Assembly (NCBI GenBank): GCA_000165345.1
Contig: CM000429.1
Coordinates: forward strand, 672,001-736,000
Direction: 5' to 3'
Length of the DNA stretch: 64,000 bases
A program made the position numbers and the translations under genes. This document shows, one piece after another, positions 50,401-60,945 of this stretch. Within the stretch, counting starts at the first letter, position 1, and each line of letters opens with the position of its first letter. The notes under the pieces are model-generated. The model was not told where the DNA came from. It saw only the letters and a list, made by a program, of their open reading frames with translations, and did no database searches.

Positions 50401-53400
50401 TTTTTCTTAGCTCTATTAAAGAATCGTAAAGTTTTTGATATTCTCCTAAATTTTCCAAAGATTTATAATCTTGGTTATCATAATATCCATCCAAATAATC
50501 ATCAAGATTGTAAGGCACAATATTAAGATTTGGTGAATCTTGAATATCCTCTATAATCTTATCAAAAATTTGTTTGGAAAATGATTGCTTTCTATCATTT
50601 AATGAAAAAACAAAATCTTCCAATACTTTAATTTGTTTAAGTGAAAAATTATTTCCTTTCTCATATATATTATTTTCAGGTCTTTTATATATTCTTGGAA
50701 TAATTTGGTCATTTGTATTAAAAAATAAATAAAGTCCATCAAAAATTTCCAATCTTTGTATTCTAATTAACTCACCAGTATTACTCATCTGGAAATGTTC
50801 ATACAAATCTATCTCGTTATTGGTTTCCCATCTACATACGTCCTTGTTCCAGTAAATTGACCCAATAATTTTTCCATGGTTAACTATGAAACAAAAATAA
50901 GTCATTTCAAAGTCTTGAAGAATTACTAGTTGATTATTCTTGTATTTATTATATGAAGTTAAATCATCGTCGCTTTCATTATTTTTTTCAAAAGAGATTT
51001 CCTTTGAAAAATTAATATTTTTTGATTTATACAAACTATAATCATCAATAATTGAAATCTCTTGAAAAGGATTTAAAGAAATGGTTTCTTCTCCTTCAAT
51101 ATTAAGCAGATTTAATGATAATAAAGAATAACAAAGCAATATTCCATTCCTATTATTATAAATTAATAAGTTATAATCCAATGTTTTTATTAATAATGAA
51201 TCTTTTGTGAAATCAAAGAATGATCTGTTCAACTTGATTTTTGAAGTTATTTCAACCTTATTATGGATATCACTTATATTACAAATATATATATAAAGTT
51301 GTCCCATTTCATTAATTTTATTATTATTAATCATTTCTTGGCCATTTTCTTTATCATATATAAAAATATTGGTTGTTACAAATATTAATGATTTTTCAGT
51401 ACTTGGTTGTTTTATTAATAAAAAACATCCATTAAAATTTATATTGGATAAACTTTGATACATATATGTTGATATTAACCTTAATTCTAATTGAATTCCA
51501 GATTTATTATAACTTTTTTCAATTTGGCTTAATAATAGAGATTCTTGATTTTTTATATTAATCTCAAACATTATTATGTGGTTAACTTCAAAAACTAAAT
51601 CTTTAACCAAACATACGCAAATACAATATCCACCAATTACTGAAGAATGTTTATCTAAGAATACGATTTCATATTTATTATCCATAAATTCATTAAAAAA
51701 TAATTTTTCCAGAATTTGTTCATGATTAATAAATAAATCACTATTATCGTTTTCTAAGCTCCCAATATTATCCCCAGAAATTATTCCTTGACTATTAATA
51801 TCAACTTGTAATAATTCTAAAGTTGAAGAACCATTTTCACAAATACTCGTTAGTCCAAATATTCTCAATTGGCTTGAATTATTTAATTGTACTAATAAAA
51901 TCTGATAATAACTGGAAGTTATTCCTTCTGATATATTAACTATTTTTTCAATATTCAAATCATTTAAATCATAAATATCATTATTATCAAATTCTATACC
52001 GTTGTCCACATTAATATTTAATGTGTGCATGTTTGAAAAAATGCATGCAAAATTATTATTTGCATGTATAAATGTAAATAATTTTTTGGGATTAAGATTA
52101 TCTAAAAGAAGGATATGTCCATTATTGAGTAAAATAAGAATTTCATTGATATTAGTAAGCTCTACAGCAAATTTTCCATAAATATTATTAGTATTTTTGA
52201 GATTTGATTGAATTTTTGGAGTAATTCTTATTAATTTTGAAAAATGCCAAATACCAGTTTTGTCATTAAAAATATATTCAGAAATGCTTGAATCTTTTAA
52301 TTGAAATATAAAATTATAATTATTTCCATTTGAATGGTTTGAAAGTTTATCATTCTTCCAAAATATCATAATATTTGACACGTCACTAGGTAAAATATTA
52401 TTTCTATTAGAAATAAAATTCATTTGTGAGTTGTTTATGAAATTCTTATTATCAATATTATTAAATTGGCAGATTTCCCATTTACATATTGATGAATTAA
52501 TTTCATCATTCCAAATGTCTAATTGAAATACATTAAAGCAAAAAACTTCTTTGCCAATGGAAATTATTAACTTTACTTGCTTATTTTGTTCCTCATTCAT
52601 TGTAAAAATATCACAATTATGTATGCAAGAATTTAAAGGAATTGAAGATTTGGAAATCTCATCATATTCTGAATTTAAATTATAATAAAAATAATCATCA
52701 TTGTCATCTTCAACAAGAGGAAATCTATTTGTTGAATAATAATAAGAAGGATCTTCAACTTCAACATTATAATCATTAATAGATTTATCTAATGCTTCCA
52801 TTGAATTAAAATGATGAATTACATTATCTCTATAACTTTCCCAAATTATATTAATATCCTCATTTCTAACGAATGGTCTATTATTAAATCTTAAATATAA
52901 AGTTTGAATAAATTGACATGGTTTATTTAAAGATGATTCTCTCCAAATTCTAATAATTATTTCTTCATTATTTCTTGAAATTATACAAAAAGAAGATAAT
53001 TCTGAAATTCCTCCAAGTTTCTTTAATTTATATGGTATTTTTGATGACCAAGGCTTCCATGAAACATTTATAATCTTTTCTTCTTGTTTTAAAGAAATCT
53101 TTTGAAATTGAAATTGGTTTGGAAATACACCTGAAATACGAGTATTACTACCAATTGTATATAAATTCATCTCTTCTTCATTCTTTGAATATTCATATCT
53201 CCATATAAATAATTCATTATCTAAATGTTGATATACTAGAATAAATCTTTCACTATTATCAAAAGCTAATTGTAAATCTATTCTTGGACCTGCAAAGCTT
53301 AATTCTTGTTCTAATAATGGTTTCGAATCTACACCTGTTAATATTTCTATATATAAATTTTCCAAATCATTTAAAAATGTATTTGATTCCTTTTCAAGTC

Positions 53401-54031
53401 TTCTTCTATATATTATTTCTTTATAAATATCAATATTAAAAATCTCAAATTGTAATTTCCAAACTGTTAAAAAAGTTCCACGATTACTTGAAGAATGTTG
53501 TATTACTAATTTATTATGATCAATCCAACTTATACTCTTCAATTTTCCATCATTATTATTAACTTTTGATAAATCTATCTTAATAAAAAGTCTTAATTTT
53601 ATATTTTTATATCTTTGACTCCATAATATATTTAATCTTCTTCTATGATTTTCTCCTAAAATATCAGTAACTCCAAAACCTTGAATTTCTTTCAAATTTT
53701 CTTTACAAAATTTATTAATATTATTATAATATTCTTCATAATTTATATCAAAATTTGGAGCAATTATTCCTTCATCTAGTAATTCAATATATCTTAAATC
53801 ATCATCAAGAGTCCAAACTTCAAAACTATTTTCAAAACCAATCACTAAAACAAGTAAATCTTCATGCCAACACAAATAAGTTGGTACTACTTCTTCAAGT
53901 GTATCTATTATTTGAATAGTTTTTCCTTGATCAATATTAATTATAGCAACTTTTGGCAGTATACTCTTTTCATCCACTAACACACACAATGGCCACCTAT
54001 TATGAACTGCTCTATTACCGTTGCTATGCAT
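44477..54031 (-). CDS. Giant protein, 3184 aa, with WD-repeat-like segments near both ends and a long helical middle. Function unknown. A DmX/Rav1-like regulator is one speculative possibility.
   Basis: A single 9.5 kb ORF. C-terminal WD-like segments include HVSWSPSKIHIIISTSNGFIMVYKL and DENCLCIWDIW. I recognise no catalytic motif. Confidence 0.6.
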   Translation of the reverse strand: MHSNGNRAVHNRWPLCVLVDEKSILPKVAIINIDQGKTIQIIDTLEEVVPTYLCWHEDLLVLVIGFENSFEVWTLDDDLRYIELLDEGIIAPNFDINYEEYYNNINKFCKENLKEIQGFGVTDILGENHRRRLNILWSQRYKNIKLRLFIKIDLSKVNNNDGKLKSISWIDHNKLVIQHSSSNRGTFLTVWKLQFEIFNIDIYKEIIYRRRLEKESNTFLNDLENLYIEILTGVDSKPLLEQELSFAGPRIDLQLAFDNSERFILVYQHLDNELFIWRYEYSKNEEEMNLYTIGSNTRISGVFPNQFQFQKISLKQEEKIINVSWKPWSSKIPYKLKKLGGISELSSFCIISRNNEEIIIRIWRESSLNKPCQFIQTLYLRFNNRPFVRNEDINIIWESYRDNVIHHFNSMEALDKSINDYNVEVEDPSYYYSTNRFPLVEDDNDDYFYYNLNSEYDEISKSSIPLNSCIHNCDIFTMNEEQNKQVKLIISIGKEVFCFNVFQLDIWNDEINSSICKWEICQFNNIDNKNFINNSQMNFISNRNNILPSDVSNIMIFWKNDKLSNHSNGNNYNFIFQLKDSSISEYIFNDKTGIWHFSKLIRITPKIQSNLKNTNNIYGKFAVELTNINEILILLNNGHILLLDNLNPKKLFTFIHANNNFACIFSNMHTLNINVDNGIEFDNNDIYDLNDLNIEKIVNISEGITSSYYQILLVQLNNSSQLRIFGLTSICENGSSTLELLQVDINSQGIISGDNIGSLENDNSDLFINHEQILEKLFFNEFMDNKYEIVFLDKHSSVIGGYCICVCLVKDLVFEVNHIIMFEINIKNQESLLLSQIEKSYNKSGIQLELRLISTYMYQSLSNINFNGCFLLIKQPSTEKSLIFVTTNIFIYDKENGQEMINNNKINEMGQLYIYICNISDIHNKVEITSKIKLNRSFFDFTKDSLLIKTLDYNLLIYNNRNGILLCYSLLSLNLLNIEGEETISLNPFQEISIIDDYSLYKSKNINFSKEISFEKNNESDDDLTSYNKYKNNQLVILQDFEMTYFCFIVNHGKIIGSIYWNKDVCRWETNNEIDLYEHFQMSNTGELIRIQRLEIFDGLYLFFNTNDQIIPRIYKRPENNIYEKGNNFSLKQIKVLEDFVFSLNDRKQSFSKQIFDKIIEDIQDSPNLNIVPYNLDDYLDGYYDNQDYKSLENLGEYQKLYDSLIELRKNKTYGHRMNITEFEEYQIKRYFIRINYYDMLGEGGFILKSEDICWISLCEKDHIVDKILGNFNSNLIDWKDLKKFGVIYILTENFKFQEFIEKWVQKLYQNLIKVISERRKELSFEFPDNQKKNSNIFQDEMLNIVLIIYTCINKLNIVSAIFKILDQKNVFDFLLNYNINNDELKKQAINNGYYLIKQRKYHWSLCFFILSRSYDEIANICIKYLNDPQLLFLLLKLLLNSNGINDNEKNTLVNLYNKYLSNLWLLSLINKDPWLSIISILNYSSVNNFKFDNINRVDILNILLKLSCPTIFFKVCELMCSIEDYFKSNIKIEEIIPNNKYIEDSYLNDQNSYDLNYSFIHPEHLFLFNNYIKLKILISSQSQSYELSESLKYPSFDNIIEIISYYIKKCMNPYHYISWLTYIENNQDFFKTKNIHYHYYNLIIKPNILNRIQNYIKYLHINYFFFLNNNNLFEWINQYSKIPEFISVFHFNYNQEKNNLNINPINIFNYLLLTNVDKYFNNVNTGMHTKNDVIKNDISIMHVACKKRLSEDISGLRGKYLNLIFEIFSENKNSWNLGHFGFDYIWDSLFEFFSRINNEIILTFESRNGDQYIINKCELLILIFRNKVNHILFELLLEPGNEGEEVGSSKIINENPTIIITKLLKIYMFMIIIQDLISKIKGSKDINVLKYQNLIKIIKFVIILKSYQKLDLHLKRRLTKRLGIKLLKLLRLLLEFTKEYGYIKDIESNSNNDNIQEEIQNNSFQYVKEDQLMYFNTIIIVLSTSIIKIHQELINEDNNSELSFNSILQEESITNKITTDQLNLALKESYNNRVFKEWKEIIIPLLPLILTYYYDSIDEKKSILFTRVVNTNNYPELNTNNHHLPTINVIIIKIIIILKEIWIGMGIKNLLLINILRNKELIISYDIGSISNLYYYLLKKVWNFKENSNNISSIELESSEQYSVNLLNSISCTNSTTTNTSNDNNKNSGFELEKLKLDFSNEYFEVSDDRFRLNKKEESMRMNNPSLFMINMLIYNNRIIPTPKLNLVPNVHYLSGNNNNIEDLERDSKKEENMMNDNILIDNEIKQYEDDDFYYYHYFGFDQSKQQDENESETLVELENENEYVNEEDYYYKWYKNRIQKGEKEGVERSNTLLGHILYQESPLLMDCKMDVNNSPFLLLGEKTHLMLNSKLYFIHPISFMRRNHINSYYYEGVIFQGMKFGKFGEDFDNIFKSEKIIRLEVLLNSFLLKRLLIFGKLEENQDDHGLLSYRKLERRKSNKSLLLSSSSSSPCIMPIYDIDFCVNIKKGVKSIYLDLYTSKENELNIGGGVSDFNTNIGSGSHLTCNFQEIRFLQIFTDIPLSFSKIQNQFNNVKAIICGEAIQLRNPRVSHIVYPYWSHSLAFSNYHKVNHPNYFINTSSNITGDIINNINSSKSNPKPIMISNSLSKSYYNLTSNNVNKRSFKGIDSIGQGRNYHQELPPTTSTNLNKLMVNNHNLGNITHVSWSPSKIHIIISTSNGFIMVYKLNSNNNYLSDEEDEIFVPSNPNINPSQPSSSHNSLQTTSVNNGGVNNSSLSSSSNIILTSSSINAQSTSSSTSSNSNSSSKSSSAMNPFIPIYIFQVHKSNCFWSGIIDYSCRYILTSGNGINFVYNTTSINNNSFNNNEGNELGRSSFNFRNYTKFNSRGERIPIVGGNISVTTTTNNNNNVQSQSISNASTPNTAKSNSSYSIGGNSYGYLNESEGGIGLGGTLINSGTLNLAEFMGDNTLNLSSKIEISSVLSDENCLCIWDIWTNLSYNLPIISRPDLLIALESSPISTSHNWKQANTLLIITNTGNLWFISYLFGRQFLNPSLFKLKQKNILTSNLSNLNTLNNIINRNSNYINSKLTVLSSDGICIIYHIFLLLKSSFKRYFNNNQITIVPIIKFNINHSLSLNPLNIINNSLTSNQYNKIISHAIFINKNTLLIIDTLQNCKIVQLLPFFN

Positions 54032-54148
54032 ATTTCTCGTACACTTGACGAATAAATTTACGCAATTTTTCCATCCATCACTTTTTTTCTTTTCAATTTA
54101 TTTAATATATATTCATTTAATTAATATTATTTACTTTCTGAACCCGCT

Positions 54149-54164
54149 CCCGCCTTTGGCGGGC
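54149..54164. promoter_or_regulatory. Canonical E2F-type TTTGGCGGG inside the inverted repeat CCCGCC-TTT-GGCGGG, in the divergent promoter between the giant gene (ATG 54031) and gene 54527(+).
   Basis: TTTSSCGC is the classical E2F consensus. It is embedded in a 6-bp inverted repeat. Confidence 0.5.
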
Positions 54165-54526
54165 ATTTGTGGTTCGGTACTTAAGACAAATTCTACTATT
54201 AACTGGAAAAAATTATTAAAAGGAAAGAAAAAAAGTAAAAGGAGAATAAATTTAAGGGAGGAATGTGAAGCAAGGATTTTCTTTTTTTTCTATAAATAAT
54301 AAATTTATTAAAAAAAATAAATTTATTTATTATATATATGAATATATATATATGTATATATACATATATATATACATATATATGCAAGTATAGAAATATT
54401 TAATCAAGTAATAAAGAGAAGAGAATATTAAAATAATAGATTATTTAGAGACTATTGAAGGAATTATTTTATTAGTATTCCTTTTTTCCTCCCTTTGTAA
54501 ATAAATTAAAAGGTGAATAAAAGTAA

Positions 54527-55252
54527 ATGTTCAATATGATTAACTTAAAATTGCATACTACTAGATTTTTAATTCTAGTATTAGTTATTTTAAGTAATAT
54601 TGGTGAATTATTATCACAGGATGTTGAAACTGAAAATAAATCAAGTAGATATGATCATATAGTTGATCAAATTTATTATAATAGGTACCATTCAAATAAT
54701 GCTAAATATTTAGTTTGGTTATTAGTATTGGTGCCGGTATTTATATGTATTCCATGCCTAATTTGGGTTTGGTGTAGTGATCACTGTTTACAAATTCTTA
54801 AATATAGAAGTAATATGAAAGTTTTTAAAGAAAAGAAACTTATGAATGAAATTATTCTAACTAATTTAAGTGATAATATATTAAATAAGGAATTGAATGG
54901 TAGCAACTCATCACTTCCTTCAATGGGAGTTCCTCATTCTATGCCCCCGCCTATTCCTCATCCACCTCAACCTCAATTTCATCCTCAAATGGGAGGAGTT
55001 ATGCCACAGCCACCTCCAATGCCACAACCGCCTCCAATGCCACAACCACAGCCCTCTTCTCATCCACAGATATTATCTCAACCAATAATTGGAGGACCTC
55101 AACAAAATCCTATATTACCAACACATATTCAACCATCACCTTCATACATTCCGAATCTCCATATATCTAGGCCACCTAATATGGAGTTACCTCAACTTGT
55201 ACAACAAGATCATGCTCACCATCATCATCATTGTGGATTTAATGGTCATTAA
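54527..55252 (+). CDS. Small type-I membrane protein with a signal peptide, one transmembrane helix and a P/Q-rich, His-rich cytoplasmic tail.
   Basis: N-terminal hydrophobic signal (FLILVLVILSNIGELLS). TM helix LVWLLVLVPVFICIPCLIWVW. PQPPPMPQPPPMPQPQP repeats. C-terminal HAHHHHHC. Confidence 0.5.
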   Translation: MFNMINLKLHTTRFLILVLVILSNIGELLSQDVETENKSSRYDHIVDQIYYNRYHSNNAKYLVWLLVLVPVFICIPCLIWVWCSDHCLQILKYRSNMKVFKEKKLMNEIILTNLSDNILNKELNGSNSSLPSMGVPHSMPPPIPHPPQPQFHPQMGGVMPQPPPMPQPPPMPQPQPSSHPQILSQPIIGGPQQNPILPTHIQPSPSYIPNLHISRPPNMELPQLVQQDHAHHHHHCGFNGH

Positions 55253-55654
55253 TGACAATAATATGTTTAAATAATTAATTCATAATAGAGAAAATTATTT
55301 GGATTATTTATCTCTAAATCTATAATTAGAGACTACCGATATAAGAGCACAGGAAAAAGAAAGATATAAGAATTGATTTGGAATATATTAGTCATCCACT
55401 TGATAGTTCAAAAAGTATCGAGCCAGTTTTTTTTTTAAAGAGAAAAAAAGTATTTTTGAAAATTAAGATCAAACAATAATCATATAACCATTGTTTCTTT
55501 TTCTTTTAAAAAAAGTTTTACAGATTTGATACCTGAGAATAATTATACGGTACTAGTAAAAATGCATGTATATTATTAATTGTGAGCCAGATGAATGTAA
55601 ACATTGCATGCAATAGATGGCAACTATTTTAAGAAATTTTTTAAAAAAACAAAG

Positions 55655-56692
55655 TCACATCTGAGGGTCTTTTTTCGCTTTTTTAGTAGATCCTGGTGGT
55701 CTTCCTCTATTACCTGAACCTGGAGGTCTTCCTCTAACACCTGTTTTTCTTTTAACAATACCAATTTCACAGATCTCACTACTATCTATATTATATAATG
55801 GTTTAGTATGAGATTCTAATAAGTATTGGTTATTATTAATAAATTTTTCTATTGATGATACAATCTTATTAACTCTTGAATCAAGTTGTGTTACCATTTC
55901 AGATTTTCTCTCAAAAGTGATTTCAATATCATTTTTACATGTTTGAAATTTATTATATAGTTCTTCATATAATCTCATCTTGAATTCATTTTCACGAGCA
56001 ATATTTTCAGAATTTAATTCGGTACCTGGTATATATATATTAGTAACTCTAAAATAATTTAATTGATGATGATTAATTATTTTAGATTTTAAAGATACAT
56101 ATTTATTATGTATACTTTTTTCAATAAAAAATATATTATCGATATTATGTGGTACCGAATTATTAATACTAGCATAAGTTTTTGATAATTCTAGCAATAA
56201 ATTATATAATTTATTATGACTTTCATTTAATAAAGACCATCTTTGATCAATATAATCATTAAATCTATTTAAAGATAGAAATACTTGATTAAATATATGT
56301 GGAAACGAAAGAAGTTCATTTCTCCACTCACTTGCTTTTTTTTTTGAATTTAACTGTTGTTGTTGTTGTACATTAATTATATTATTGTTAGTATAATAAT
56401 TATTTTCTTTCTTTTCAATTTCAATATTATCTTGTTTTTCATTTTGAGTTCTAATTTCCATTCCAATTGAGTGATTTCCAATTATAACTTCAGAGTTTCC
56501 TTCATATGTTTGTTTAAAATGATTATTTAAGCTTGAATTTTGATCATGTTTATCACTATTATTATCATAGAAATTCCTTTCTTCTGTATATTTATTTCCA
56601 TTCAAAGATTCCTCCATAGTATTCTGTTCTAAATCTCCTACAATTTCGCTTCCTTCATGACAAACTTTATCAAAATGTATGTTTGTTTCCAT
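55655..56692 (-). CDS. AT-hook DNA-binding protein with two tandem GRP AT-hooks at the C-terminus.
   Basis: The C-terminus is KRKTGVRGRPPGSGNRGRPPGSTKKAKK. The upstream region is helical and N-rich. Confidence 0.6.
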   Translation of the reverse strand: METNIHFDKVCHEGSEIVGDLEQNTMEESLNGNKYTEERNFYDNNSDKHDQNSSLNNHFKQTYEGNSEVIIGNHSIGMEIRTQNEKQDNIEIEKKENNYYTNNNIINVQQQQQLNSKKKASEWRNELLSFPHIFNQVFLSLNRFNDYIDQRWSLLNESHNKLYNLLLELSKTYASINNSVPHNIDNIFFIEKSIHNKYVSLKSKIINHHQLNYFRVTNIYIPGTELNSENIARENEFKMRLYEELYNKFQTCKNDIEITFERKSEMVTQLDSRVNKIVSSIEKFINNNQYLLESHTKPLYNIDSSEICEIGIVKRKTGVRGRPPGSGNRGRPPGSTKKAKKDPQM

Positions 56693-56769
56693 AAATTAAA
56701 AAGAAAATAGTTGCTTTTTTCTCTTAAATTGTGAATTATATTTATATATATAAAAAATAAAAATATGAC

Positions 56770-56847
56770 TTGGCGGCAAAATGAGCCCGCCTTTAAGTTT
56801 AATAATTATTTAAAAGGTACCGGTATAAATATGTTTTGCATGCAATT
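56770..56847. promoter_or_regulatory. Promoter of the AT-hook gene (ATG 56692, minus strand): TTGGCGGCAAAA (56770-81), GCCCGCC (56785-91), GGTACCGGTATAAAT (56817-31) and TTGCATGCAATT (56836-47).
   Basis: Multiple motif types cluster within 80 bp, about 80-150 bp 5' of the ATG. Confidence 0.55.
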
Positions 56848-57094
56848 AAAGATGGAATAAAAAAAAAAATAATAATTCTTATTTTTAAAATTAATAATTA
56901 TTTTATTTAAAAAGATAAGAGAAAAATAAAGAAAATGAATAAAAAAGAAAAGGTTTGAAATGAAATTATATGGCTTAATAGTAAAATAAAATTAGGAATA
57001 ATAATAATATAAATACAATTAGACAATAGAAAATGAAGATAAAAGATATTTATTAAGAAAATTATTTTTTTCTTCCTTCTCTTATTCTTTTGTA

Positions 57095-58909
<1,815 letters not shown>

Positions 58910-59313
58910 TTTATAATTTTTTTTTTTTTTAATAATTAATTCTTCTTTTTCTTCTAAATAATATTAATATTTAATATTAATATATAATCAAATTAATTGT
59001 AGAAATCTTTTGATTTTAAATAACTATAGTTTATTCAACTTTTAAATAATAATTCCATATATAAATACGCATGCGTGTAAATATGTATTTAAAAGTAATT
59101 AACTTAAATTTAGTGTATTTTTTCCCTTATTCCTTGTTCTTAAATAATTTTATAATTACCAAATTATATTTTGTAAGATAAAAAAAGAAGGAAAAAAGGA
59201 AGATTTTAAAAAAAAAAAAAAAGAAAAAGAAATCGATTATGTAATTTCTTCCAATCCAAATTATACAGTCAAATCTTCCTTTTTCTTTATTTTTATAATT
59301 TCTTTTTTTAAAT

Positions 59314-59351
<38 letters not shown>

Positions 59352-59420
59352 CTAAATTTTTTATCTCCTAAATTCGACTTCTTATTGTTAATTTTGACTA
59401 TTAATTAATATTCTCTACTG

Positions 59421-59480
59421 TTGGCGCCCAAACTCACATATTTTTCAATTATTAATTCCGGTACCTGTTTTGGCGCCAAC
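59421..59480. promoter_or_regulatory. Two E2F-like boxes, TTGGCGCCCAAA (59421-32) and TTTTGGCGCCAAC (59468-80), flanking CCGGTACC (59458-65). A palindrome ACGCATGCGT lies at 59067-76. All are in the divergent promoter between NOL10(-) and gene 59680(+).
   Basis: Read directly from the sequence. Confidence 0.55.
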
Positions 59481-59608
59481 TAGAAAATTAAAAAATGTCA
59501 AAAAAAAAAAATTTCCCACGTTATTTAATAATAATTAATATATAAATGAAGAATTTAAAATTGTGTGAATAAAAAATATGAAATATATAAAGCTATATTG
59601 ATATAAAA

Positions 59609-59627
59609 AGAGAAAGAGAGAGAGAGA
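59609..59627. repeat. (GA)n microsatellite.
   Basis: agagaaagagagagagagag lies about 55 bp upstream of the ATG at 59680. Confidence 0.8.
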
Positions 59628-59679
59628 AAAAAAAGTTATTGTTATCAATATAATAATTAATTAATATTTGTAATTAGAA

Positions 59680-60618
59680 ATGCTATATGTTATTGGTGAA
59701 TATAACAAACAAAAAAAATTTTTATCAAGTTTGATAAACCATTTACAAGGAAAATACGAAAATAAGGAAGAAACAACATTACCAGAAGAAGCAAAATTAC
59801 CAGAAAAAGTAAAAATTAATACCAAATATTATACAACAGAAATACAAGTCCAATTTTGGACCATAAATGAATATTTAGCTTTAGATTATAAAAACAAAAA
59901 TTTATATACTAAACATGAAATAATAACTCATACTCCTATTTTAATACCTAATCCAGAAGCTATTCTATTAATATTTTCTAAAATAGATTTGAACCAAAAT
60001 TATCATCTTTTATCATTACTGGATAAAAGATATCATCCATCAAATCATGAAATAACTAGAATTTGTTGTATAATATATAATAATTATGAAGAAATTATTA
60101 AAGAAAATGACAGCCTTAGAGAAAAAATGATTATTAATTGTAATCAGTTTAATTATGAATTTATCATATTAGTATTGGATACTAATGATATAATAAAACA
60201 AGATGACTTATTATTCTCCTTTATTGAAGGGACAAAAAGAGTCACCCAAGCATTATATTGTACACATTGGAAAAATATGTATAAACAACAAATAGCTGTT
60301 CCAAATCTTGAAAACAATAAACATCATGATATTTCACAATATCAAGAACAAGATCTTGATAATTATTTAGATAATTTTGAATTCTTGTTATCCATTATGA
60401 GAAAAATGACCTGCGATATTAAGCATTTGTCTGATCAAGAAAGAAGAGAAAGAGCCTCAAATCTTATTTGTGATTTAGCCAAATATCTAAATCTGGATGA
60501 TGAGGACGGCAATAATGATGACACCAATGACGATAACTCTAATAATGATAACTTCAATGATAATAACGCCAACTATGAATATGAATACAATGACTCTGAT
60601 CTTGTTAACAGCCAATAG
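59680..60618 (+). CDS. Hypothetical protein, 312 aa, with an acidic D/N-rich C-terminus.
   Basis: An uninterrupted ORF downstream of a promoter that carries two TTGGCGCC boxes. I recognise no domain. Confidence 0.45.
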   Translation: MLYVIGEYNKQKKFLSSLINHLQGKYENKEETTLPEEAKLPEKVKINTKYYTTEIQVQFWTINEYLALDYKNKNLYTKHEIITHTPILIPNPEAILLIFSKIDLNQNYHLLSLLDKRYHPSNHEITRICCIIYNNYEEIIKENDSLREKMIINCNQFNYEFIILVLDTNDIIKQDDLLFSFIEGTKRVTQALYCTHWKNMYKQQIAVPNLENNKHHDISQYQEQDLDNYLDNFEFLLSIMRKMTCDIKHLSDQERRERASNLICDLAKYLNLDDEDGNNDDTNDDNSNNDNFNDNNANYEYEYNDSDLVNSQ

Positions 60619-60672
60619 TATTGGTATACATTTAACTGGGTTGCCAGTAGTATATTCAGTCACAATAATAGC

Positions 60673-60945
60673 TTCTTTTCTTTCTCCTTAGTTTTCCTTT
60701 TATCCTTCTCCCTTCCTTCCTCCCTTCCTCTCTCCTTCTCCCTTCCTCTCTCCTTCTCCCTTCCTCTCTCCTTCTCCCTTCCTTCCTTCCTCCCTTCCTC
60801 TCTCCTTCTCCTTTCCTCCCTTCTTCTTTCCTCCCTCCTTTTTCATTTCCTCCTCCCTTCTCCCATCCTCTTCGCATTCTATACCTACAACTCCCCTCTA
60901 CTTTCCTCAATATTCACCTCCCACATTTCTTAATTCCCAACTTCT
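60673..60945. repeat. Nearly pure polypyrimidine (C/T) tract of about 240 bp. It has an internal ~18-nt periodic unit (cccttcctctctccttct, about 4 copies).
   Basis: Read directly from the sequence. It lies between the stop of the + gene (60618) and the 3' end of the - gene (stop 60930-60932), and overlaps the latter's stop region. Confidence 0.85.

Noticed and set aside
60656-60910. 84-aa ORF encoding (GRKEE/GRRREE)n repeats.
   Set aside because: It lies entirely within the 240-bp polypyrimidine tract, read on the purine strand. Open frames are expected by composition in such a tract. It also overlaps the 3' end of the hydrolase gene.
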